A DNA stretch of 53,036 bases, the filler included, from Sphacelaria rigidula (taxonomy: Eukaryota), in assembly GCA_964200075.2 (NCBI GenBank). It is 3 parts of 3 records of this genome, joined end to end, with 100 filler letters (N's around TTAATTAATTAA, not from the genome) between each part and the next. Parts side by side here need not be neighbours in the genome. Positions count along the whole stretch, not along the records: positions 1 to 17,615 come from CAXNAA020001027.1; 2 more parts are not named here. One strand, given 5' to 3'. Positions within the stretch are counted from its first letter, which is position 1; every line of letters begins with the position of its first letter. Positions 1-10,399 of the stretch are shown here, piece by piece. The notes below the pieces were generated by a model, which saw nothing but the letters and a program-made list of their open reading frames with translations, searched no databases and was not told the origin of the DNA. The position numbers and the translations under genes are program-made.

Positions 1-981
1 TCTAAATAGTTTTAAGGAGGTCGGGGGGCATGAGGTCGTCCATGTGAAATTCATTGGTCATGACTTTAGGTCAGGGAAAGCACCTTTTTCGAGTTGAAAC
101 TCATGAAAATGTTGAACCTCAATAACCAATCCAGGCTGTTTTTTGGATGATGCAGGAGACTCTGAACTCAATTTTTCAGAGACTGCGTACCCCCCCCCGA
201 CAACTGTAGGCTCGGGAATCGGAGTTGAAATACGTGGACATCTGTCTCAAAGAAGGAAGATGCCACAAGAGTGCATGGTATTTTGCCTGAAAGGGCGATA
301 TATCGCACAGTATGTGTACTACTGCCCCGGTGCAAACCGGGAAGAAGAGCCGATGGACTTGACCAGTTGAGAACATGGTCTACGTGTATCCGAAGCCACC
401 ACTGCCACGTCGACCATGCCCGGGTTGCATGCACCGATCGCTTTGACGTATCTTTAGTATCGTTAGGGACATGTACTAATGTGTCAAGGAAAACCTGTTT
501 TTCATCCTCTGAGTAGACTCACTGTGGTATCGGGGAGTGATGGGTTCATCCCTTAAAACCGAGACCTCGTCCCGCGGATGGAGAAGGGTGTAGAGTGTGA
601 CAGAGAAAACAAAATGTGTTAAAAATTGCAACTGGAAAACGCGCGCTGTGAAGCACGGTGAGATCTGAACAACTGCAGAATTGTTTCGTTCGTGGAATGC
701 CTCTCGCGCTTCTGGTGACATAGGTCGTGCAGTGTAGTGTACTATCATACAGATGTATATATTGTTGTCGATCCTGCAACTTCATCCTGTGCTCCTTCAT
801 AGTGCGGTTCCCGCGTCGACATTAGATCGTGCGATCTGTACTGCCATGAGCACTATCGCGAGGGGCTCCAGACTAAACCGTGCCCGCACATCATGAAAAC
901 AGTATGAGCTGAAGTTAAGCAGCCATAGTAAGTCGCGCATACATGCCACCCCACGGGGGGCGGGCGGGCGGGGGGAGGGGT

Positions 982-2105
982 GGTTGGGAGGGGGGTACTC
1001 TTTTGTTGCTTGCCATAGTCGTTTGACCATTAACCACGCGTCTCTTTCGAGGCGAAGCACCGTTTTTACTCCTAATAGAGACCATCAAACATCCGGGCGC
1101 TCATTTCGTTTCTTCCATACATTACACGGGGACGTTTTGCATATCTTATCCCCGTCCTGTTCGCCATCTGTGGCCACCGTCTATCTCCTAGTATAGCCAT
1201 CGTTTCCTCCCTACTGTTTAGTTCATCAAACGATTCCATGCGACCTACGTTCACTTCACGCATTTCCTCCTCCAGCACGTCCCGTTGCTCGCTGTATAGT
1301 TCACATGCTTCATCTATACGACTTCTACTCTTTATTGCTTTGCCACAATAGCAATACTGGGCATCTACTTCCTTCCCCTCTCGACTACTGATGTATCTCT
1401 TTCTTCTTTCTGATAGGTCCAGGTCCCCCACCTGAATACGCAGTTTCAGACTTTTCGTGGCGTCCATTGGGCCATGCAGACATGTTTTCATTCCTATCCC
1501 CTCACTCAACCCTTCGTAAATCTTCAGGTGTTCTTCCTCGGCTACTTTGCGTCTGAGCGTTTATTTCCCTCTTATTTCCATCATATCTCTTATTTTTGTC
1601 TTGTACCCGCTACAATCACCTATGGATCACATCTCGTCTTGGTTTTCTCCTATGCTTCCTCGACCACTCTATCCTAGCTAATTCCAGCCTTCCCCTTCGT
1701 CATTGCCTTCAATACAACCTTACCAACTATGGCTGGTAATCTCTTTCTCTTCATGTTCTTCACGCTATGTTGCCATCTCAATTTACTCCTGTCTCTGTTT
1801 GTTTTGAGTGGGTTCATTCCCAACTCTGCTCTCAATGCTGTTTTACTCGTCGGTTTTGAGCATTCAAGGATTTTCTTAGCTGCTGACATCTGTACTCTTT
1901 CCAATTTCTTTACGAACTTCGCGTTCCCCTCCCATACTTCTCTTGCATATTCCAGCTTTGATACAATCACGTTTATCAGGATACATCTCTTCATCCTAGT
2001 ATCTAGTTGCGAGTCGCTGAGGATCACGACCATCCTGCCTCGCTATATCTTACCCATTTCCATCACTCTACCGGGTTTTTCTTATCTTCGTTACATGTAG
2101 GTAGC
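982..2105 (-). mobile_element. 5'-truncated, decayed non-LTR retrotransposon (LINE) 3' portion: ORF2 region downstream of RT plus 3' UTR
   Basis: ORF 1674-2033 (KRCILINVIVSKLEYAREVWEGNAKFVKKLERVQMSAAKKILECSKPTSKTALRAELGMNPL) resembles LINE post-RT sequence. ORF 1072-1509 has a Cys-containing C-terminal segment (YCYCGKAIKSRSRIDEACELY). Stops and frameshifts separate the two. The 3' end is shared with 17390-17580. Confidence 0.8.
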
Positions 2106-4512
2106 GCGGGAATGGGGGGCGGGGGTGCTTATACGTGCCGTCTCAGTGCACAGTCAATCGTGCAGCATCAATTCTGGGCCGGACAAGGCTCTGCGTGCTA
2201 GAATGGGTGGTGATCTTCAAACTTGTAAACACATACGGGCTGGTTCGGGGCGAATGCCCAAAATTTATTCCCTACTACACACACAACGCAAACTAACCCG
2301 GGAGAAACATGATTAGTATCACAGTGACTCCACTAGCAGGCGAACAGTGTGACATGGCCAGAATTTGCCCGCGTCTTTTGCCGTCGCGCTTGTAGTAATA
2401 ATGTTTCTCGGTCAATCAGGGACGTTCAAATTGTCCTGGAATATATAAATGCAAATTCCCGATGCAATTTGTACGCAATCGCATCAAGAATCGAACCTCA
2501 GTGATCGTCATCAGCTAGGAAGTCTACGTAACGCAAAAAACAGATTTGAAAAACGATTTGTATGGAATGGAGTTATACCCTAAAAAGGTGATATTTCAGT
2601 GGTGTGAGGTGATGGTGTCGTTTTGTTTCCACTGAAAACATGCATCCCAGACTGAGAGAGCTTCTTGACGTCTTTCCTTGTAACGGAAAAGGGCTCCTAT
2701 CATCCCAAAACTTGACAGTTTGGTAGACATGGGATTTTTCACGAATGAAAAAGAAAAACCGTTCAAGAAAACTTCAACATTTATCCGCTCTCTACCGTCT
2801 TCCGAAGGTCCCAGCATGAACACCCCAGAACCCGGGAAAGATTGCTTCAAAATGGAGGCTTCGAATTTGACTTGCCCCGAGGGAGTCAAGGAATGCTTTA
2901 CAGAGTTTCGTGGCGCGCCTCGACAAGCTTACCCCAAACGATCGTTTTAAGTTCAAGGGCAAAAGAAAAATGTCGGTTTGATACTATAATCACGCAATAA
3001 GGAGATTCCGTGCTATATTTGTACACTTCAACACACATTCGAGGGATTACTCACTCTGTTTTTCTAGTCCTACCCTGAAATTGTGCACACGGGTGCTCTC
3101 GACATACTAAGAGCGGGCATTTTCTCTTCCTCGGCAGATATCCGGGGTCCCCGTGCGCCGCCTGGGACTCCGGATACCTGCCAAGGAAAAGAAAAGACCG
3201 TATTCATGCAGTTTTTCTAAATGTCTTGAACCTTTTGGGACGGTTGATGGGAAAATTGAGGTATAAAATTATCGTGTTCTTGGGCAAGATAGGTCGTTTC
3301 TCTGGAACTGTTGACGGTGCAACCCACCAAAACGGCGCACCGCTCTGAGTTCAAGTACACCAATCTGACAGATTCGTGCACGGAACTCGAAGTGACGTTT
3401 CCCCGGTGACGAAAGTTCGCATATGGGAGTCTGTACTGTTTTTCGCGAGTTTCAAAAGGATTAAAAGCACCCGTGTGCATAGTTTCGAGATCTGAGGCCA
3501 TTTCTGACCGTCGAAAAACAAATCTTCTTGTGGAAAATTGCCTGTTCGGCCCTTCTCCATCGTTTTTTCGCCCGAGAAGAGGATTAGGCTAATGTTTGTT
3601 GGCAGCTTGAAATGACTCGCTCTACTCGTTGAGACCGTTGCAGAGCACCTTTACCGTCGGTCGCAGTTTCGTTGTCGGCCAAAATTCTACCGTCAAGAAC
3701 TAAAAAACGATCAAGATTTCGAATAAATGGCAGTTTTCCCCCATTCATTGCATATCTTGACCATGTGCTTTTTTGAAAACGCAAGTCTGGCCAGAAACAA
3801 GACTGTTTCCTACGGAAAACGCAAAGGTGCTCTGGAACGGTCCCAAGGAGTAGAGCAAGCCATCCCAAGGTTTCAACATCAGCCGAACCCCCTTTTTCAG
3901 GCGAATACTGTAACGACGGAGAGGAATCAAGATTATGCTGTTAAACAACAACTTTTCTTACACTCAAGAAATGGTCTAGGTCGAAAACACGGCGTGATTA
4001 ATCGCTGGGTCGGCACCCTGAACCAGCCTGTAGATGTACAGTATTCGCTATGGCAGCTCGGATATGCATCAGTTTATGTATCAGTGGGGAGTATAGAGTG
4101 GGACTCCTTCCACGACGTTGCTGCAATGGTAGACTACAGTAAAGTACCAGAATGTCTGCGGTCACTTGCAATGCTATTGTGTGTGATCAAGTGTCTCGTT
4201 GGGGGGAGGGTGTTGAAAAACGTGACACTAACCCAAAATAAAACTGGCAACGCACATCATGCTCATGATGTTGAATGGTCGACTGGCCCGGCGGCTTTGA
4301 CTACTAGTATCGTCGGCAACACCCTCATTGAAATGAGAAATCGATTATATTTATGCGAGGTGGGAGTGTAGCGATGTTGTGCGTGAAGGGGGAACTGCTG
4401 TTTGGTCAAAGGTGTTCGCCCACCAAGCAATCTAATGTGGCGGTGAGAAAACAGAAGAGCAACGAACTGACGAAAAGAACTTGGGACATGGAGCACGATA
4501 TATACTTTTAAA

Positions 4513-4594
4513 CCCTTAGACCGCGAAATTAGTCTTTCTGAATCATGCATACCTTTTTTTACTTCAACCGAAGACTAACCTCGCGGTCTAAGGG
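4513..4594. mobile_element. Short piggyBac-like MITE (family P)
   Basis: Perfect 14-bp TIR CCCTTAGACCGCGA/TCGCGGTCTAAGGG with TTAA on the right flank. Related copies at 20700, 21928, 23560, 24837, 30969 and 31455. Confidence 0.75.
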
Positions 4595-5878
4595 TTAAGG
4601 TGCATTCTCACCCACGTGCGACGCCCGATGTTCGTGGGTATACGCTGCGTGGTTTGGAGTCAAAGCGCTATCCTACACAACCGGCGAAAAACAGATCTAC
4701 AAATGGCCGACGCATACTTTTGACCAGCATGCTCGACGAAACTAAGTGACATTGTCAAACATACTCTCTCGAGGGCGGGAGGCGAGCGCACAGACCGCAT
4801 GAACTTTAGCAGACAGCGATAGATTTAACCCACCTGTTGACTCGCCCCCACCCGTGTGATGAAACAGCGGAGAGTGCTTGTTAAGATGGTCGCTGTATCG
4901 ACCGAACATGATTGGCTGCAGTACTAGCAGACCCCTTCCAGGTTTCCTTCCCTGCGAAAAGCGTTCAAGAGAAAGAGAGCAAATGCCCTCCGTTACATGA
5001 CATCAACAAAACGCGACTCAGGCCGGCCTGCATTTCACCATTACTGCTCTGTGATGTCTCCGAGGAAAGAGCAAGCATTCCACTGATGAGAAGCAGATGG
5101 ACCGAATGCGCGCATGGGAATTACAAAATGCGGTGGACGGCCGCAGCGACACATCTTGCGCCCACATGCTGCATTTCTGTGTGGTGTTTTACACAGTATA
5201 GACAAGGTCGAATTTGAACGAAGTCAAAAGCCAATTCACCATGGCTGCCGCTCCACTGTTGCAACAGCACCTGATACTAATCCTACAGCATTCTGCAGCC
5301 CGAACCGGTTCACCATGCAGCAAAACGGCACAGTCACAACACCAACTGCCGCGACGGTAGCCAGTCAAACTCACCCGCGAGGGCACCGCCGAGGACGTAC
5401 AGTATGAAGAGAGTCCAGTTGACTAGCAACAACGAGATATCACAGCAGCCCAAACACAACACATACATCCTATCCAGCGGATCTATAGCGAGCAAGAGAC
5501 GCAATGGCTTCAAACCTACTCAAGGCTATGCCTGCCAAACTCTCGGATGGTACCCTGCACCCCCGGTCCCGTGTATGCGCGGAAGAGGCCAGCGTCTCTG
5601 ACTCCCTGTAAAAGTGATGAGTTCCGTCCTTTGGGCCTATGCACAATCGTGTCCTGATTGATTAATCGGTAGCCTCACACTCCACTGAGAGTAGCCTAAT
5701 CTCGGTGACCAGCACCACCAAGATCGTACCTATCGCAGTCTCCCGCTCAAGATGGTCGCAACTTGACCTTGCCACGGAGTTTCGGTCGTGGCGTTTTTGG
5801 TCTTTCGAAAATAATCAAATCTCTCTTGGTCATTATCCAAGGCTGCACATGACGTTCGCGCCAACCAGCAACAGGCTC

Positions 5879-6087
5879 TGTAATGCGTGAGAGGACCGCG
5901 TGCTCAGAGGACCGCATCGGAAGTTGAACATCCCTATGGTTAGGGTTAGGGTTAGTGTTTGGGTTGGGGTCAGGGACATGGTACCTGCAGGGACTGGCCC
6001 GATTGGTTCTGGAGAACGTCGATCGTGAGGTGTTTCGAGCCTCGGCGCGGGCGGTCCTCTAAGCACGCGGTCCTCTCACGCATTACA
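5879..6087. mobile_element. MITE with TGT...ACA ends and internal TTAGGG repeats (family T, copy 1)
   Basis: About 37-bp TIR (TGTAATGCGTGAGAGGACCGCGTGCTCAGAGGACCGC / GCGGTCCTCTAAGCACGCGGTCCTCTCACGCATTACA), 5-bp TSD GGCTC (5874-5878 and 6088-6092), internal GGTTAGGGTTAGGGTTAG tract. Confidence 0.85.
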
Positions 6088-6636
6088 GGCTCCATCGACT
6101 GGAGGCGGCGAATCTAGCCCCCATCCCGCAGGGGCCTTTCGGAGATATCGTACGATTAGGAGAAGGGGTCGCGCATCCCCTTGAACGAAGGAGCCGCTTT
6201 AAATCATTGCTGCAAACAGCAAGTTTCATGAAAACGTTCGGCGAAGTGCAACCGCACACAAATAATGTGAGGTTGTGACGCACGCGCATGGTCGTTTTGT
6301 GTTGTGTAAACTCCCTCACACATGCACACCCATCACAGAATCACTCCCGAATAAAGAAAATCATCGGGGACGAATCTGGTCTTATTTCTCTACCAGAAAA
6401 CGGAAATGTACGGCGTCTTTACCACCGTGCAAGTGGTCGCGTGTGTGCACCGTTCACAGGTAGGTCAAAACCGCGTACCGAGCTTTGAGTGCAAATAACT
6501 CCTATTATTATTGGTTCGAGGTTGGAGTTGTCAGAGTATCGCCGATATCCGCCGTCGGGTTGTGATTTTACCAAATTCAACTGATATCGAGTGTAGCACT
6601 TGAATTTAGCGCGGGAACAAATCACCGGTCGTCAAT

Positions 6637-7236
6637 ATGTGCGTTTTGTCACCCCATGTAGTATTTTGGACGCCAGTTGACACCTTCCGGTATATGCGGG
6701 CGCATCAGCGGGGTCACACTGCAGGACGGCCAACAAAAAGTGTTTCTTTATTTTGTTTTGGCATTAGCGTTCCATCTTCCTTCTGCGGTGCGCGCTGTAT
6801 TTTGTGGGAGGACCGCGTGCTTAGGGGACCGCATCGGAGTTTCGACATCCCTAGGGATAGGGATAGGGTTAGGGTCAGGGTTAGGGTTGGGGTTAGGGTC
6901 GGGGACGTAGTCCCTGTGGGAACTGGCCCGGTTGGTTTTGAAAAACGTCGATCCTGGGGTGTTTCGAACTACGACTCGGTTCCCTAAGCACGCGATCCTC
7001 CCACGCATTACACATCCCTGGTTTTTTTTCGCCAGAGGGGTTCAGCGATCCCTTTCCCTCGTCGGCTGTGGAGTCGCATTTCGTTTGCACGCGACATTGT
7101 CGCGCTCCACTGCTGGGCTTGGTATGAGAACAAACCCTAGATCGTACGACTTCGCCAAAATTCGAACCCACGACCCAACCGACAGAACAGAAGGTTTCGA
7201 GGTTAGCAACTAACTGAGCCAAAAGGTCGAGCGGCT
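6637..7236 (-). mobile_element. tRNA-derived SINE (family A), near full length, interrupted by a family T MITE
   Basis: Minus-strand head has A-box-like TGGCTCAGTTAG (~7212-7223) and B-box-like GGTTCGAAT (~7160-7168). The body (...CGACGAGGGAAAGGGA...CTGAACCCCTCT...) is shared with 22085-22300, 27640-28030 and 46990-47220, which end in (CA)n/(TG)n tails. Confidence 0.75.
6796..7012. mobile_element. Family T MITE copy 2, nested in SINE A
   Basis: Diverged TIRs (TGTATTTTGTGGGAGGACCGCGTGCTTAG / CTAAGCACGCGATCCTCCCACGCATTACA) and a longer GGGATAGGGTTAGGGTCAGGGTTAGGG tract. SINE sequence resumes on both sides. Confidence 0.8.
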
Positions 7237-7259
7237 TGGGGAAACAAAAACATCAAAGC

Positions 7260-7802
7260 TTATTGAGTTATTGCAGTCAGCGTAGCCGAGCACAACTTGT
7301 TTCTAGTCTTGTTCCAAACTAGTTGATTGACTTAATATATTTCTAGCTTGATCGATAAACTCCCGGAGAACCACTTGAAGGGGAAGACTAGTCGTAAAGA
7401 CTACTCTGTTCTAGTCATCTTACAGTATTCGGTTCGAGTGTGATAACAGCGTGGATCTAGTGAGATTGCTCGCTTCGATGGTGATATACCTGGTGCAGTA
7501 GAGGGAAGGTTGAGCCGTTGCGGCAAGAATCATTTTCTACAGGAGCTGCAACGATGAAAGCCAGGGAGGGCGAGAGGGGAGATCGATTGTAGTGTCGATG
7601 TGACGAGCAGAACTCGAGTTCATCTTGTCATCGGAGTGTGATAACAGCGAACCCCACCTGCTGTTGTCGTCGAACGTCTGACTCCTTCTTTCCGTCGGCG
7701 GCTACCTTGCTTGGCAATAAACAGTGAGACATACTATCGGCAGTGAATAAAGCCGGCGCCCGTTCTGGGCGCGTAGTACGTGGTACGCACGCGCAACGCA
7801 CA
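7260..7802 (+). repeat. Possible solo LTR / retroelement terminal repeat
   Basis: Non-coding. Internal direct repeat GAGTGTGATAACAGCG at ~7436 and ~7634, two AATAAA motifs near the 3' end, ends in CA. No TSD confirmed. Confidence 0.25.
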
Positions 7803-7843
7803 GAACGTGGCTTTCATGTGCGGATATTACTGCCATGTCGTAT

Positions 7844-8055
7844 TGTAATGCGTGAGAAGACCGCGTGCTTAGAGGATCGCGTCGTAGTTCAAAACATCTC
7901 AGGATCGACGTTTTCCAAAAGCAATCGGGTGAGTCCCTGCAGGTACCACGCCCCTGACCCTAACCCAAACACTAACCCCAACCCTAACCCCTCACCATCG
8001 GGGTGTTCAAATTCCGATGCGATCCTCTAAGCACGCGGTTCTCTCACGCATCACA
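7844..8055. mobile_element. Family T MITE copy 3 (opposite orientation)
   Basis: TGTAATGCGTGAGAAGACCGCGTGCTTAGAGG...CCTCTAAGCACGCGGTTCTCTCACGCATCACA, 4-bp TSD GTAT, internal CCCTAA repeats. Confidence 0.85.
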
Positions 8056-8784
8056 GTATAAAAGAGCCGGTTATTTATCGAAGCCTCGACACATAGAATG
8101 CAAACGGCCTGGTTTGGGAGTTTAGCTAGCTTTTAGATAATTCGTTATGAGCGCATCCAGAATGTATGGAACATACGACGGTTATCGTCAGATGGGCACG
8201 ATCCTCTGTGTTCCCGCCATACCAGCCATGACATGTGTATCTCAAACTACACTTCCAAACGTATCGTGAGTGCTTTGACACCGCGGCGCAGCAACGGACA
8301 GTTATACAATGGTACAATGTGTTCGGCATTAATTTGGTACTACTTTGGTGCACCGGCGTAGTACCTCCGTTTGTTTTTGTAAACCTTCATTTCATATGCC
8401 TCCGTCGTATTGGCGTCCCATGCTTGCTCACCCGCCGTCCATGGGCCAAATGTCGCAGATGTATGTGGTTTCCCGCGGTTTCTGTGGACGCTCGCAGGAA
8501 GACTTCCCACATCAATTGCAGGAACGAAACGGAAGTTGCACAACGTTGTGTAGAGAACTTTCAGGAGTATGTTTTCAGCACACATGTGTGTTCTACGTCA
8601 AAGGAGAATGAAATCTTGGACTCGGCCGCCGTTCCTCGCGAAATTTTCATAACCGTTTACCCATGCTTGCTTGAAGTCTCTCTTGGCGTCTCTCTTCGGC
8701 CATCTCCCCTTGACACTCTCCTGTAGGCGGCACCTATCGTTGATTCAGCCAATCGTCATGCCTCTGGATCTTGTCGCTGCTTTG

Positions 8785-8856
8785 TCACCGATGACCCTCT
8801 AGTTCTTTCACGCGCCGTGTGAGCTCCAGGTTTTCTTGGGACAACACTATGTTCAT
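8785..8856 (-). CDS. Terminal exon of an unknown coiled-coil protein (MNIVLSQENLELTRRVKELEGHR*)
   Basis: AG acceptor at 8858-8857, 24 codons ending in TGA, phase 0 compatible with exon 9882-10037, heptad-like L/E pattern. Confidence 0.6.
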   Translation of the reverse strand: MNIVLSQENLELTRRVKELEGHR

Positions 8857-9399
8857 CTTTTGGTGTTGAGGTTCGATGTGGGGCAAAGAGGATACGCGCG
8901 GTAGTATGCACAGAGCAGCAGTATGCGAGGGGATTGAACAATGAGACTTGAACATGACGGAGAAAACGCCCGGCTCTGCTTGAGTGTATCGCGCGACGGT
9001 GGTCTCGGGAGAGCTTCTATTTGGCCACAGTTCCCTGACAATTCGCATCAACGCGAAGTGCAGAAAAGGCTGATGTGCAGATGGCGACCGAGGGGCGCAC
9101 CAAACTAGCGGTTGTACACCACTGCGGTGAAGGTCATACAGATAGTGTTAACGCTGGCGATTGTTTGGAAATATTCTGTGGAGATTGCGCTGGGTTGCGA
9201 ATCACAAGTGTCTGCAAATCGAAGGAATGTACGGACTTGACTCTTCAGGGACCAACAATATCCTGTAGAAGTCGTGTTCACCACGGGTGAAACACTAGTA
9301 TCAGCACATAACAATTTGTCCTGGGCATGAAAACAGCCAGATACGTTGGGGTTGTGACTCTCCCGGGTTTGGGGTGGCAAGAGCAGTTACACCCGTAGG

Positions 9400-9660
9400 A
9401 CTGTCACAGTCGTCATTTTGAGTCCATGTGCGACACTTTCTACGATTACCCCCCCCAAAACCAGCTCAAAAGTGTCACGGACAAAATGGCCACACAGCGC
9501 CTGATGTTTGGGCTCAGGCTGCATGAAGCGCCTCATATTGGCGCATTGGCTAGAACGAACTCAAGCGTGGGAATTCCCAGCTTCTCGTTGTGCTCGGCTT
9601 TTCCCATTCCAACTTCCGTGAAGATTTTGCCTCCCAAAACCATGCACTTTGGGGGGGGCT
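9400..9660 (-). mobile_element. Fragment of the same tyrosine-recombinase retroelement family as 32500-34490 (intronic)
   Basis: Clear similarity to 33810-33990 (GACACTTTCTACGAT...CCCCCCAAAACCAGC...AGGCTGCATGAAGCGCCTCATAT...GGGAATTCCC). Confidence 0.65.
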
Positions 9661-9881
9661 ATCGTAGAAAATGTCGTGCGTCGACGTGGACGAGCGCTAC
9701 AAAATACAGTGTCCGCACTGTTCCTCATAAAGTATCCAGAAAGGTATGCCTCGATAGGATTGGGCGTAGCCGACACTACGACACGTCCATTTCCTGTGTA
9801 TGTGTGCTTTTCGTTGTTTTTAATCAAATTCCAATGGGATGATACCGCACCGGTTCCGAGAAATTAGGGATAATTTCGTAC

Positions 9882-10037
9882 CTTCCGTATTTCCGGAATA
9901 ACCGATGCCTCTTCCCGCAGTGCGTTGAGCTCCTCCGACAGTCGTCCCGATAGTGACACCCATTCTTGGGCTTCGACGGCATACTCTTGCGCTAACAGCG
10001 ATTGTTCTTGACACTGCTCCTCCAGAGATTGATTCTC
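9882..10037 (-). CDS. Internal exon of coiled-coil protein (ENQSLEEQCQEQSLLAQEYAVEAQEWVSLSGRLSEELNALREEASVIPEIRK)
   Basis: CAG acceptor and GTACGA donor, 156 bp (52 codons), phase 0-0, open frame, E/Q/L-rich. Confidence 0.7.
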
Positions 10038-10399
10038 CTGTGCTTTTTTTCAAGAAGTGGAGGGAAATACAGCATATACGTACAGCATCGTCTCATTCGA
10101 CATTTGTTAAGATCAACCTTAGAGCAGGCCGTTGAGAATGGTCCACAACAAAGGCACATAAGCAGGGCGGTTTTCTCCTGTGCTTCCACGTCAATCGGGG
10201 GGGAAAAGCAAGAAATTCCCCCTGGCTCGCGCACAATGCATGTCTACTGTACGTGTACGATGTCGACAGGCGGCGATCAGTACGCTCGAGTACCCTCCAA
10301 AGACAAAGACAACGACAAAGACAAGGACAATAGCGTTAGCACAAGCACAGGCAGCAGCACTAGCAGCGGCAACATGCCAGGTGTGGCTCGCGATGATCA

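Noticed and set aside
143-516. Short ORFs at the window start
   Set aside because: No consistent frame, splice pair or recognisable homology.
3727-4371. 214-aa ORF
   Set aside because: No recognisable domain or splice structure; it overlaps AT-rich repeat-like sequence.
5938-5975. True telomere or chromosome end
   Set aside because: Short, degenerate tracts lying inside TIR-bounded MITEs.
7150-7230. tRNA gene
   Set aside because: A/B-box-like motifs are present, but no convincing cloverleaf, and the sequence is attached to a multi-copy SINE body.
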